Shown piece after piece: positions 1 to 9,496 of a DNA stretch of 34,288 bases. A program made the position numbers and the translations under genes. The stretch spans positions 1 through 34,288 of the forward strand of contig JACRCW010000116.1 of NCBI GenBank assembly GCA_016218805.1, given 5' to 3'. The notes below the pieces were generated by a model. That model searched no databases and was not told the origin of the DNA. It saw nothing but the letters and a program-made list of their open reading frames with translations. The stretch comes from Deltaproteobacteria bacterium (lineage in GTDB: Bacteria > Myxococcota > JACRCW01). Numbering within the stretch: position 1 is the stretch's first letter; each line of letters begins with the position of its first letter.

Positions 1-1568
1 GCGCGTTCGTTGATGTGCTCAGTGAGGGCGGGCAGCTGCTGTGCCAATGGGCTGAAATCACGTTGCCCGCGCAGGTACGCTTTCACCGTCCGGTGCACCA
101 CCAGGTCCGCATACCGCCGCAGCGGCGAGGTGAAGTGCAGGTACAACGGCGCCGCCAGACCAAAGTGCCCAACCGGCCGCGCGTCATACCGCGCGGGTCC
201 CAGCGTGCGCAGCATGACGGAGCGCACCGCCGGCTCACACGGGGCCCCGTGCACCTGCGCGTAGATGCCGGCCAATGCGCCGGGCGTCAGCCGCCCGCCC
301 AAACCCGCGCCAAATCCAAAGTGGTCCATGAACGCTTCCAGGTCCACCACCGCGTCGCTCTCCGGCGGGTCGTGCACGCGCCACGGGGCCGGCACACCGC
401 GGTCATTCAGCCAGCGGCCCACCGCCTCATTGGCCGCCACCATGAAGCGCTCAATCATCCCGTGCGCGCTGTGCGCGCGGTCGTCTCCCAGGATCACCAC
501 TTCCTGCGTCTGCGGGTTCACGCTCAGGCGCGCCTCGTCCCGCGCAAACACCGCGCCACCCCGCCGTCCCCGCGCCACGCCCAGCCGCGCGTCCGCGGCG
601 CGGAACCAGCGCAGGTGATCGCGGATGGGCGCCATCGCCTCGGACACCTCACCGTGGTCCAGAAACGCGGCCACCTCCTCGTAGTTCAGGCGCGCGTGGC
701 TGCGGATGAGGCTCTCAAACACGTCCACCGACGTCACATTCCCGTCCGGGTCCACGCGCAGCTCCGCGGTGAGCGCCAGGCGGTCCATGCCGGGGTGCAG
801 GCTGGCGTGGTCCTCGGACAACGCGGGCGGCAGCATGGGAAGCACGCGCCCCGCCAGGTACACGCTGGTGGCGCGCGCACGCGCTTCCTCGTCCAGCGCG
901 GTGCCCTCCCGCACCCACTCGGAGGCGTCCGCAATGGACACCAGCAGGCGCAGGCCGCCGGTGGGATCCGCGGGCAGCACGCTCACCGCGTCGTCAATGT
1001 CGCGCGTGGTGGGCGCATCCACCGTCACGGTGGGCACCGCGCGCAGGTCGCGGCGCGCGCGCAGCTCGTGCCCCGCGCGCAGCAGCGTGTCCGTCTCCCG
1101 CTGAGCAGAATCCGGAAACCGTGACCGGATTCCGTGCCGCACGATCACGCGCTCCAGCGGCACGTCCGCATCCGCGGGCAGCACGCGCGCCAGGCGCAGT
1201 CCCGTGGGCAGCACGTCCGCCACCACCACGTCACTGGGCCGCACGGCGGTCCCCGCGGTGTCCAGCGGCAGGTCCGTGTTGGCCACGTCCGCTTCCGGGT
1301 GCAGGAAGCTCTTGCCGCCGCGCATGACCACGCTTCCGGTCACCTGCGCGCGCCCGCGCTGCACCAGCGCCAGGTTGGCGGCGGAACGGCGCCCGTCCGC
1401 CGCGGTGGTGACGTCCGCCTCCACCACGTCATCCGCCAGGAACCGGTTGAGGTCCGGCGGCGTGATGAACGCGGCCACTGCGTCCGCGGACGGGGTGAGC
1501 GGGTTGAGGAAGCCGAAACCGCGGCCGTGGACCGTGATCCTGCCGCGCATGCGCGTGGAAGCTGCCAT
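1..1568 (-). CDS. rnr: RNase R / RNase II (RNB-domain) exoribonuclease, 3' end runs off the window
   Basis: Not in the ORF track because it has no stop in the window. Minus-strand translation from ATG 1568 gives MAASTRMRGRITVHGRGFGFL (cold-shock-like), the catalytic VTVDAPTTRDIDDAVS, and the signature LYLHFTSPLRRYADLVVHR at ~90-146 in the same frame as the start. Confidence 0.9.
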   Translation of the reverse strand, partial: MAASTRMRGRITVHGRGFGFLNPLTPSADAVAAFITPPDLNRFLADDVVEADVTTAADGRRSAANLALVQRGRAQVTGSVVMRGGKSFLHPEADVANTDLPLDTAGTAVRPSDVVVADVLPTGLRLARVLPADADVPLERVIVRHGIRSRFPDSAQRETDTLLRAGHELRARRDLRAVPTVTVDAPTTRDIDDAVSVLPADPTGGLRLLVSIADASEWVREGTALDEEARARATSVYLAGRVLPMLPPALSEDHASLHPGMDRLALTAELRVDPDGNVTSVDVFESLIRSHARLNYEEVAAFLDHGEVSEAMAPIRDHLRWFRAADARLGVARGRRGGAVFARDEARLSVNPQTQEVVILGDDRAHSAHGMIERFMVAANEAVGRWLNDRGVPAPWRVHDPPESDAVVDLEAFMDHFGFGAGLGGRLTPGALAGIYAQVHGAPCEPAVRSVMLRTLGPARYDARPVGHFGLAAPLYLHFTSPLRRYADLVVHRTVKAYLRGQRDFSPLAQQLPALTEHINER

Positions 1569-1683
1569 GGCGCCCCCATACCGGTGCGCCGGGGTCGACG
1601 GAAGGCCGCTCCTGCCGGGGGGGCCGGGGTTTGTTAGGTTGGTCCGCGCGGCCGGGGCCGCGAATTCCACACGAGGAAACGCG

Positions 1684-3951
1684 ATGCGCTTTGGTCTGCG
1701 CCGGGCGGCGGTGGTCGCCGGCATGTGCCTGGGACTGGTGGCGGCGAATTGCCGGCGGGGTGGAGACCCGGGTCCGGCGCTGGTGAAGACGGAGGGCTGC
1801 GGGCCGGTGACGTCGGGTGGCGGCCAGAAGCAATACGCCGTGGTGCCGGAAAGCACGGAGCTGTTGCTGCTGGTGCGCGTGCTCAACCGCACCGGGTGCG
1901 GCTTCTTCCACCCGCACGCCGTGAAATCACTGGCCACGCGGTACGACTACGCGCTGGACCGGGACAACCCGGCCACCTCCACGTTGACCGCCACGGTGTT
2001 TGCCGCCGGGCTGGACCCCGACCGCGACGCGTACCGCGCGCAGTTCCCGGAGACCGCATCACGCTCCATGACGGACAGCGAGCGCGGCCAGATCCGCGGC
2101 AGCGTGGCCTCCGAGGTGGACGCGGAGCATTTCCCGCAGATGACCTTCACCGTCACCGGCCTGCCCACGCTGGCGGGCACGGGCACCGTCCCCGTCACCG
2201 TCAACCTCAAGGGCGCGGTGAGCACCGTGACGCTGCAGGGCAACGCGGTGGTGGACGGCAGCCGCCTGGTGTTCACCGGTGATGCCGAACTGGACGGCCG
2301 GCCCCATTCCATCCCCGACCCTTCCGGTGCGTTCAGTGACTGCGTGGACGCGCGCATGCAGCTCAAGATGCGCATCACGCTGGGGGAAGTGGCCGCCTGC
2401 ACCACCGACGTCACCTCCCCGGATGCCGGCACGCCCTTCACGCCCACCACCTTCCCGGAGGACCCGCAGTGCGCCACCGCCACCACGCTGTTTGAGACGC
2501 CGGACCCGGTGCTGGCCGCCAGCGCCCGTGACGTGCTGCTGCTGCGCTGCGGCGGCTGTCACGACGTCACGCCGCGCTTTGGGGCCACCGCGCCGCTGAC
2601 GCGCTGGGGTGACCTGCACGTGGACACGCTGCGCAATCCCGGCCGCCCACTGCATGCGGAGGCGCTGGAGCGCATGGCTGCGCTTCCCGGCAGCCGGCTG
2701 CGCATGCCCCCGGAGCTGGAATGGGACGCGGTCCCGGAGGACGAGGTCACCGTGTTCCGCACCTGGGTGGAGGCCGGTGCGTGCGGCCAGGCGCAGCAGG
2801 ACCTCCCACCGCGCGCGCGCGAACCGCTGGTGCGCCCCCGCACCCAACCGGGAGCCACCGGGTTTGAGGGGCGCATCCTCCCGCTGCTTGCCGAGCTGGG
2901 TGAGCCGCCCGGCGCCGGGCAGGACGGGGGCGCCAGCCTGGAGACGGGCTGCCTGAAGTGCCACAACGGGTCCAACCCGCTGGTGCCGGACTTCCGTTTC
3001 CATTCGGACGACGGGGGCGTGGTCCCCCGCGTGCGGCATCCCGCATACGTGGGCAGCCTGGCGGACGGAGGCACCGAACCCATGCACCTGTGGCAGGCCG
3101 CGCTGGCGCGCATCCGCGACCACACCATGCCGCCGCAATCCCGGGAATTCCCGGACACGCAGCCCTCCGCGGAGCAGGTGCAGGTCTTGTCCGCCTGGGT
3201 CGCCGAGGGATTCCCGCAGTACAGCCGCCTGGCCGTGCGCAGCCTGGAGGTGCGCCGCGTCGGCGTGGATGGGGGCCTCGCCGAGGTGACCGGGCCCGTC
3301 GGCGGGACGCTCGCCGTGCTGTATGACGTCGTCACGGATCTCCCGCAGGAGGTGGTGGCTTCCGTGCAGCTGGTCTACGGCGGCGGACTGCGCGCGGTCA
3401 GCCCAGTGGACATGCCCGGCGTCGTCATCGGTGAGGGATGCAATGGCCTGCCGTGCAACCGGTTTGACCTGCGCACGGACACCGGGGAGCTGTGGGACGC
3501 GCCGGACTACCAGGTGCGCGTCTCCGTCCGGCAACGCAACGCCGCCGGCACCGGGTTCGGCTCACCGGCGGCCGCCATCGGCGCCGTGTTCGCCATTGCC
3601 AACCCGCGGGCTGACGGCGGGCCGCGCCTCGGCACGGACCTGCGCTATGAGTCCGCCGCGGATGCCCAGAAGAACGTCCGGCGCGTGTTCGACACGTATT
3701 GCATTCCGTGCCATTCGCCCACGCCCACGGTGACCATCCCCGGCGTGCCGGACACCTTCCTGCTGGACCATTGGGGCACCAATGACGCCGGCGTCCCCGG
3801 CGCCTTCAGCCGGCGGCTGCGCATTGACGCCGTCCTCCAGGACAGCCTCATGCCCGCGCGCTGGGAGGACGGCGGCTACGCCAGCCCGCCACCTCCCCCG
3901 GCGGACGTGGACCTGGTCCGCGCCTGGGCCTCCGGCGGCGCCCCGCGCTGA
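1684..3951 (+). CDS. Lipoprotein with N-terminal YceI-like domain and three c-type cytochrome (CxxCH) domains
   Basis: GAGGA RBS before ATG 1684; signal peptide ending LVAANC; YceI-like segment (HPHAV...STLTATV...DAEHFPQMTF...VNLKG); CGGCH, CLKCH and CIPCH each followed by MP(P) and a W-x-x-x-G helix. Confidence 0.8.
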   Translation: MRFGLRRAAVVAGMCLGLVAANCRRGGDPGPALVKTEGCGPVTSGGGQKQYAVVPESTELLLLVRVLNRTGCGFFHPHAVKSLATRYDYALDRDNPATSTLTATVFAAGLDPDRDAYRAQFPETASRSMTDSERGQIRGSVASEVDAEHFPQMTFTVTGLPTLAGTGTVPVTVNLKGAVSTVTLQGNAVVDGSRLVFTGDAELDGRPHSIPDPSGAFSDCVDARMQLKMRITLGEVAACTTDVTSPDAGTPFTPTTFPEDPQCATATTLFETPDPVLAASARDVLLLRCGGCHDVTPRFGATAPLTRWGDLHVDTLRNPGRPLHAEALERMAALPGSRLRMPPELEWDAVPEDEVTVFRTWVEAGACGQAQQDLPPRAREPLVRPRTQPGATGFEGRILPLLAELGEPPGAGQDGGASLETGCLKCHNGSNPLVPDFRFHSDDGGVVPRVRHPAYVGSLADGGTEPMHLWQAALARIRDHTMPPQSREFPDTQPSAEQVQVLSAWVAEGFPQYSRLAVRSLEVRRVGVDGGLAEVTGPVGGTLAVLYDVVTDLPQEVVASVQLVYGGGLRAVSPVDMPGVVIGEGCNGLPCNRFDLRTDTGELWDAPDYQVRVSVRQRNAAGTGFGSPAAAIGAVFAIANPRADGGPRLGTDLRYESAADAQKNVRRVFDTYCIPCHSPTPTVTIPGVPDTFLLDHWGTNDAGVPGAFSRRLRIDAVLQDSLMPARWEDGGYASPPPPPADVDLVRAWASGGAPR

Positions 3952-4021
3952 GGCGGCCCGGGGGCCACACCCCGCACGCGCCCCTTGGCGCGGCCCCTCG
4001 CGGCGCCGTAGCCTGTTGGCC

Positions 4022-5908
4022 ATGTCGGGCGGAACGGTGAAGGGTCGCCGGGCGGCAGATCGTCGCCGCGAACGCGAATCGGATGACGAAGGCGAGAGCC
4101 TGCTGGCCGAGAGCACCATGCCCGGCCGCCAGGTGCCCGGCCCGGACCCCAGCGGTTTTGACGACGGTGGCGGCACCGCCACGCGCGGCCCGGACGACCG
4201 CAAGTCCAAGACGTCCATGACCTCCCTCACCAACGTGGGGCAGGCAGCCAAGCAGGCCATGAAGCAGGACCCGCTGGAACAGACGGCGGTCCGGCCCATC
4301 CACGAGGGCCCCCTCCCGCTGTCCGGCCGGCTCATCTGCCTGGAGGGCAAGGACGTCGGCAAGACGTTTGACCTCACGCATGACGTCATGGTCATCGGCC
4401 GCGGCGCCGAGGCGCACCTCAAGCTGACCGACCCGGGCGTGAGCCGGGTGGCGTTTGAAATCCGGTTTGACGCCGGGGAACTGGCCTACCGCTACAAGCC
4501 CGTGACCGTGGAGCCGTGCCCGCACATCAACGGCGAGGAGGCCGCCGGGGAGCGCGTGCTGGATGACGGTGACGTGCTGGAGACGGGCGAGACCACGCTG
4601 CGCTTCATCCGCCAGGACGGCCCGGCCCCCATCCCGCGCGAGACACCCAAGCCGCGCGAGCCCAGCCTGGTGATGCAGCTGGACCAGGGGCCGGGCATCG
4701 TGGAGCGGACCCGCGCGGCGCTGGTGCGCGCGCGCGAGAACGCACGCGTGTTCAAGCGCCTGCTCGGCGTGCTGGTCGTCGTGGTGTTGGCGTTGCTCGT
4801 GGGCGGGGTGTTTGGCTTCCAGGCGTGGCAGCGCGCGCGCCGCGAGGCGTCCCTCAACGACCCCGCGGGCGCCTACCAGACGCTGCTCAAGCAGGCGCGG
4901 CAGTACCGTGAGAGCCGCCGGTGGCCTGACCTGGCCGACACCGCGCTGGCGGTGGACGCGCTGGCCGCGGACCGTGGGGACGGTGCGCGCCTGGCCGAGG
5001 AGGCACGCGCCGAGCAGCAGGCGGAGCGCAACCTGGCGCTGGGGCGGATGAACTATTCCAACGGGAACCAGGACGCGGCGCGCAGCGCGCTGCGGCTCAT
5101 CCCGGACGGCAGCGTGTACCGCGCGGACCGGGACCAGCTGCTGGAGCGCGTCAATGAAGTGGGCCGCACCGCGTCGGTGGCGGGCATCCGCAAGCTGTTG
5201 GAACTGGGCCGCTATGAAGAGGTGGCCGAACGCTGCGACCAGCACCTGCTCATCTACCCGGGTGACGCGGAGGTTGCCGCACTGCGGGCCCACGCTGTCC
5301 GCAGCCAGCTGGCGCGCGAGGCGCAGGGCAGCGGCGCCTGGCAGGCCACGCGGCACAAAGCGCTCCAATCGCTGGAGGTGTCGGATTTCTCGGGCGCCAT
5401 CCTCATTGTGGAGCGGGCGCTGGACACGCCGGACCGGGCGCTGGCCCAGTCCTTCCTGGGGCGGCTCAAGTCCCTGCAGGCGGAATGGAAGGCGGGGCGG
5501 GAGAAGCTGTCCCGCAAGGACGCGCGCGCGGTGGAGCCCTTGTCCCGGGCCAAGGCGCTGGAGGCAGAGCTGGGCGGCGGGAAGACGCCGCTGTCCCAGG
5601 ACATTGCCCGCGCGCTGGGTGACGCGCACTACCTGGCCGGCGTGGACCTGTTGCAGAAGAACCGGGACTGTGACGCGCGCGCCGCGTTTGACCGCGCGCT
5701 GTCTGAGCGCCCCGGTGACACCAAGGTGGTGGACAAGCTCAACCGCCTGGCCAACAAGGGGCGTGAGCTGCTGGGCAAGGCGGAGGCCGCGCGCGTGGCG
5801 GGCAGCAAGGGCGAGGCCGCGCGCCTGGGCCGCGAGGCGGCCTGCCGCCTGCCGCGCGGCGAAGAGGACCGCGCCCGTGCTGAGAAACTCGCCGGGGGGC
5901 GGGGGTGA
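4022..5908 (+). CDS. FHA-domain membrane protein with C-terminal TPR-like repeats
   Basis: FHA motifs VMVIGRG...DPGVSR...ING...LDDGDVLETG; one hydrophobic helix (LLGVLVVVVLALLVGGVFGF); helical TPR-like C-terminus; start uncertain. Confidence 0.8.
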   Translation: MSGGTVKGRRAADRRRERESDDEGESLLAESTMPGRQVPGPDPSGFDDGGGTATRGPDDRKSKTSMTSLTNVGQAAKQAMKQDPLEQTAVRPIHEGPLPLSGRLICLEGKDVGKTFDLTHDVMVIGRGAEAHLKLTDPGVSRVAFEIRFDAGELAYRYKPVTVEPCPHINGEEAAGERVLDDGDVLETGETTLRFIRQDGPAPIPRETPKPREPSLVMQLDQGPGIVERTRAALVRARENARVFKRLLGVLVVVVLALLVGGVFGFQAWQRARREASLNDPAGAYQTLLKQARQYRESRRWPDLADTALAVDALAADRGDGARLAEEARAEQQAERNLALGRMNYSNGNQDAARSALRLIPDGSVYRADRDQLLERVNEVGRTASVAGIRKLLELGRYEEVAERCDQHLLIYPGDAEVAALRAHAVRSQLAREAQGSGAWQATRHKALQSLEVSDFSGAILIVERALDTPDRALAQSFLGRLKSLQAEWKAGREKLSRKDARAVEPLSRAKALEAELGGGKTPLSQDIARALGDAHYLAGVDLLQKNRDCDARAAFDRALSERPGDTKVVDKLNRLANKGRELLGKAEAARVAGSKGEAARLGREAACRLPRGEEDRARAEKLAGGRG

Positions 5909-5909
5909 C

Positions 5910-6326
5910 ATGAACGACGTGCCGCGCCTGCAGGTGCTGGTGGCTGATGACGCCCGCGTCATGCGGATGCTGCTGCGCACCATGCTCAACCGCGTGGTGC
6001 ACGCGGACGTGGTGGAGGCCAACGACGGTCCCACGGCGCTCAAGTGCGCCACCGCCCAGGTGTTTGACCTGGTGTTCCTGGACATCAACATGCCCTATAT
6101 GAACGGGCTGACGGTGCTGGACTCGTTGCGGCACACGCCGGAATACCGGGACCGCCCCATTGTGATGCTGACGGCGCTGGGCCAGGAGCGGCACCGCGCC
6201 CGCGGCCTGGCGCTGGGCGCCAGCGCCTACATGCTCAAGCCGCTGCGTGAAATGGAACTGGTGCGCACGCTCATGAAGCTGGTCCCGGAAGCGCTGGCCA
6301 GGCGCGATGCCCGGACCGGCCGCTGA
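5910..6326 (+). CDS. Single-domain response regulator (CheY-like)
   Basis: VLVADD, FDLVFLDINMP (phospho-Asp), IVMLTA, YMLKP; starts 1 nt after the upstream stop. Confidence 0.93.
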   Translation: MNDVPRLQVLVADDARVMRMLLRTMLNRVVHADVVEANDGPTALKCATAQVFDLVFLDINMPYMNGLTVLDSLRHTPEYRDRPIVMLTALGQERHRARGLALGASAYMLKPLREMELVRTLMKLVPEALARRDARTGR

Positions 6327-6337
6327 CGGAGGAGACC

Positions 6338-6976
6338 ATGGCGGACCTGCGGTCCCTGCAGAATGACATCACCCGCGCGGCCGACAATCCGGCTGCCGCG
6401 GCAACCGCGCGGCGCCGGCTGGTGGACGCGCTGGACGCGGACCCCTCCCCGGAGGCCCATGCCGCCGTGGCGGAAGCGCTCTACCGCCTGGGCGTGACCA
6501 CGCTGCTGGCCGGCAAGGACCTGGACGGCGCCATGGAGCTGTTCAAACGCGCGGTGGAGAAGAAGCAGGCGGAGTGGAGCCCGCTGGCGCGCACGTCGTG
6601 GGCGCTCACCATGCACGCCAAGGGCAAGCACCAGCAGGCGGTGTTTGAGCTGCGCAAGGTGATCCCACCCGGCGCACCCACGCCCGCCGCCGCCACCGCG
6701 CTGGTGCTGCTGTGCCAGGTACTGCGGGACATGAAGGCCAAGCCCTCCGAGATTGAGAAGGCCGACAAGGAACGCATCACCGCGCTGGAGCAGCTGGTCG
6801 CCGGCGCACCTCCCGGTGCAGACCGCGCGCACTGGCAGTTCCTGCTGGCGGTGGCCCACCGGGAGGGCGGCAGCCGCGCCGAGTGCAAGAAACACCTGCA
6901 GGAGGTGGTGGCGCTGGGCAAGGCCGCCGGCGACCCGACGCTGGCCGCCGCCCGGGACCTCCTCAAGGGCATGTGA
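6338..6976 (+). CDS. Tetratricopeptide-repeat-like helical protein
   Basis: GGAGGAG RBS; AEALYRLG...AMELFKRAV TPR pattern. Confidence 0.75.
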   Translation: MADLRSLQNDITRAADNPAAAATARRRLVDALDADPSPEAHAAVAEALYRLGVTTLLAGKDLDGAMELFKRAVEKKQAEWSPLARTSWALTMHAKGKHQQAVFELRKVIPPGAPTPAAATALVLLCQVLRDMKAKPSEIEKADKERITALEQLVAGAPPGADRAHWQFLLAVAHREGGSRAECKKHLQEVVALGKAAGDPTLAAARDLLKGM

Positions 6977-6983
6977 GCGGGCC

Positions 6984-8051
6984 TCAAGCCGGGGGCTCGC
7001 CCTCCACCAGCCGGCGCATGAGTTCCCGCACCGGCAGCACCTCGCGCACGCGCCACGCATTGTCCCCGACGAAGTAGAACCCCTCCGGGCGACCCTCCGC
7101 CGCGTCCCGCAGGTGATCCGCCAGGCAGTAGTGGACTTGGTGCGCCACGCAGCTCTTCAGGCACTGGTACTGGCACTTGAAGCCCGGGAACTGCTGCTGC
7201 TCAAAGCGCTCAATGAGTTCGGTCCGCAGCACGCGCCCCAGCAGGCCCACGCTGGTCCGTACAACGGTGATGTCCCCGGCCGTGGACGCCACCACCAGGC
7301 GCTTGAAGTGTTCCGCGGCGTCGCACTCCTCCGTGGCCACAAAGCGCGTCCCCAGCTGCACCGCGCGCGCGCCCACGGCCAGCGCCGCGTCAATGTCCTC
7401 GCGCTGGTAGATGCCGCCCGCGGCAATCACCGGGATGTCACCGTACTCGCGCAGCACCTCGGCCACGGCGGGCACCAGCGCCTCCAGCTGGCATTCCGGC
7501 GCGGTGAGCTGCTCGCGCGTGAAGCCCAGGTGCCCGCCCGCGCGCGGTCCCTCCACCACCACCGCCTCCGGCACGCGCCCGTACTGGTCCGCCCAGTAGC
7601 GCGTGATGGTCCGCGCCGCCCGCGCGCTGGAGACAATGGGCACCAGCGCCACATCACCCCTCACCTTGTCGGGGAGGTCCATGGGCAGGCCCGCGCCCGT
7701 CACAATGGCGTCCACCCCCGCGTCCACCGCGGTCTCCACCAGAGGGTCGTAGTGGCTGATGGCCATCATGATGTTGACCGCCACAATCCCCTGGCCCGCC
7801 GCCAGTTCCCGCGCCGCCTTGATCTCCGCGCGCAGCGCCTCCAGGCCGTGCGGGTCGCTGCGCGGGTCGCTGCGGGGCACCAGGTCAGTCACCTGCCCCA
7901 GCCCCTGCGCGGCCAGGGTGCCCATGCCGCCTTCGCGCGCCACCGTCCCGGCCAGCCGCCAGCGCGAAATCCCCACCCCCATCCCACCCTGCACAATGGG
8001 CAACCGCGCCGTGCGGCGGCCCAGCTTCAGGGACGGCAGCGGCGTTCTCAT
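6984..8051 (-). CDS. Nitronate monooxygenase-family FMN enzyme, FabX/UfaA-like with C-terminal 4-Cys motif
   Basis: PIVQGGMGVGIS, VEGPRAGGHLG, IAAGGI, VQLGTRF, and CQYQCLKSC...YCLAD. Confidence 0.88.
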   Translation of the reverse strand: MRTPLPSLKLGRRTARLPIVQGGMGVGISRWRLAGTVAREGGMGTLAAQGLGQVTDLVPRSDPRSDPHGLEALRAEIKAARELAAGQGIVAVNIMMAISHYDPLVETAVDAGVDAIVTGAGLPMDLPDKVRGDVALVPIVSSARAARTITRYWADQYGRVPEAVVVEGPRAGGHLGFTREQLTAPECQLEALVPAVAEVLREYGDIPVIAAGGIYQREDIDAALAVGARAVQLGTRFVATEECDAAEHFKRLVVASTAGDITVVRTSVGLLGRVLRTELIERFEQQQFPGFKCQYQCLKSCVAHQVHYCLADHLRDAAEGRPEGFYFVGDNAWRVREVLPVRELMRRLVEGEPPA

Positions 8052-9136
8052 GCGGGACTCGTGCGCGGCGGGGCCAGGCCCAGCTCCTCACGCAGGTGCG
8101 GGTTGCTGCCAATCTTCCAGATGAAGCTGTCGTGGAAATAATGCAGCGCCACCACCAACGTGATGGGAAACGCGCCCCACGGGTCCGGCAGCACCACGCG
8201 GAACCCCAGGATGACCACGGCATACAGGGCAAGCCACCCGGCGTACGCTCGCCACCGCCCCTGCCCTGCCAGCTTCACCAGGTGCCGCCCGCCCTGCTGC
8301 CACGCCGCACGGTTGCGGCTCATGAACCACACCAGCCCCAGGTATTGCAGGTCGTGCCACGTGGTCATGATGGCCACGCTGACAATGAGGTCATCCACCA
8401 GGGCCATCGCCACCACAAAGTTCGCCACCGCGCACAACAACGTCGCCACCGCCAGCGGCGCCACCGCGTTGCCGCGCGCGCGCTGCTGGAGCTGGCGCAG
8501 CACGTACACGCCCACCAGCGTGCCGGCCACCACCCACGCCCCCGTCGCCACCCAGCTGGGCAGCTCCGGGTGCGCAATCTCCATGGGCCGGCCGCGCCCC
8601 GCGTCCAACATCACCGGGCCATGTGCAATACGGTGCACCAGCGGCGCCAGACCGCCGGCGTACAGCGCCGCGCGTGACAGCGCCTGGTCCACGCGGTCGC
8701 GGACACCGCGGCGCATCTCGTACATGCGCACAAACCCGAAGTGCTGCTTGATGAGGTGCCAATAGCCCCAATAGATGACGGCGCTGTTGAGCAGCGGCCA
8801 ACCGACGGCTGGACTGGCCGCCATGGTGCCGCCCAGCAGCACCAGCGTGACGACGAGACTGCCCAGGTAACGCGCGCGGTGCGCGGCAAGCTCGGCCGGC
8901 TCCAACACGGTCAGCGTCCAGGTCTGCGCATTGTGGGGCATGTTGAACAGCAGCTGGAACGCCAGGTACAGCCCCACCACAACGCTCTTCTGCGGTCCGG
9001 GGCCCGCCACCAGGTAGATGGCCATCATCCCGTAGGAGATGGCCATGGACGCAAAGAACCACGTGATGTCAAACCGCGCGCTGACCAGGAAGCCGGACCC
9101 GGACGGCGCGCGCGGGACCGCCGCGGCACTCACCAT
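8048..9136 (-). CDS. Polytopic membrane protein with several His-containing motifs
   Basis: Many hydrophobic helices; PHNAQT, WHLIKQHFG, WHDLQY, LHYFHDSFIWK; 4-bp overlap with the downstream gene. Confidence 0.75.
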   Translation of the reverse strand: MVSAAAVPRAPSGSGFLVSARFDITWFFASMAISYGMMAIYLVAGPGPQKSVVVGLYLAFQLLFNMPHNAQTWTLTVLEPAELAAHRARYLGSLVVTLVLLGGTMAASPAVGWPLLNSAVIYWGYWHLIKQHFGFVRMYEMRRGVRDRVDQALSRAALYAGGLAPLVHRIAHGPVMLDAGRGRPMEIAHPELPSWVATGAWVVAGTLVGVYVLRQLQQRARGNAVAPLAVATLLCAVANFVVAMALVDDLIVSVAIMTTWHDLQYLGLVWFMSRNRAAWQQGGRHLVKLAGQGRWRAYAGWLALYAVVILGFRVVLPDPWGAFPITLVVALHYFHDSFIWKIGSNPHLREELGLAPPRTSPA

Positions 9137-9145
9137 GCGGGCATC

Positions 9146-9445
9146 CTAATCGCCCGGACGCGCCGCGGTGCACCGCCCCGCCGTGCAGGACAGGCCGGGC
9201 TGTATCCCCTGGCAGGGGGCGTCGTTCTCGCAGGGCGGCGCGCAGGTGCCGCCCATGACGTCCACATGGCAGACCACGCCGTCACGCGCAGCGCAGTCCG
9301 AATCCGCGCGGCAGTCCAGCCAGACCACCGGGCCTCCAGCCGTCACGGGTGCTGTCCGGTCAGGCCTGGGCAGGCTCCCGCCGCCGGACCGCCGGGGGCA
9401 CGCCGCCAACGCCAGCAACGCAAGAACGGCCGCAAGCAGTCGCAT
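9146..9445 (-). CDS. Small Cys-rich lipoprotein
   Basis: MRLLAAVLALLALAAC lipobox; 8 further Cys in the CRADSDC...C...C..PC...C...C...C pattern. Confidence 0.7.
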   Translation of the reverse strand: MRLLAAVLALLALAACPRRSGGGSLPRPDRTAPVTAGGPVVWLDCRADSDCAARDGVVCHVDVMGGTCAPPCENDAPCQGIQPGLSCTAGRCTAARPGD

Positions 9446-9496
9446 GGACAGCCAACCTGCCACCGCTGCTCCAGCGCTGTCACCCGGCTTGTGAGG

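Noticed and set aside
15..1124. 369-aa plus-strand ORF and other plus-strand ORFs in 1-1637
   Set aside because: Shadow frames antisense to the RNase R-family gene, which carries clear catalytic motifs
1204..1683. N-terminal extension of the 915-aa ORF
   Set aside because: Overlaps the opposite-strand rnr start; the RBS and signal peptide indicate ATG 1684
4022..5908. FHA protein as SctD of the SctJ system
   Set aside because: About 9 kb away on the other strand; the extracytoplasmic part is TPR-like rather than ring-building, and FHA-TM-TPR proteins are common in myxobacteria
3848..6091. 747-aa minus-strand ORF, and similar long antisense ORFs at 11605-13245, 15030-16598, 19605-21545, 21371-22978 and 32672-33901
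   Set aside because: Typical stop-poor antisense frames of high-GC genes; no recognisable motifs, and each overlaps a well-supported gene
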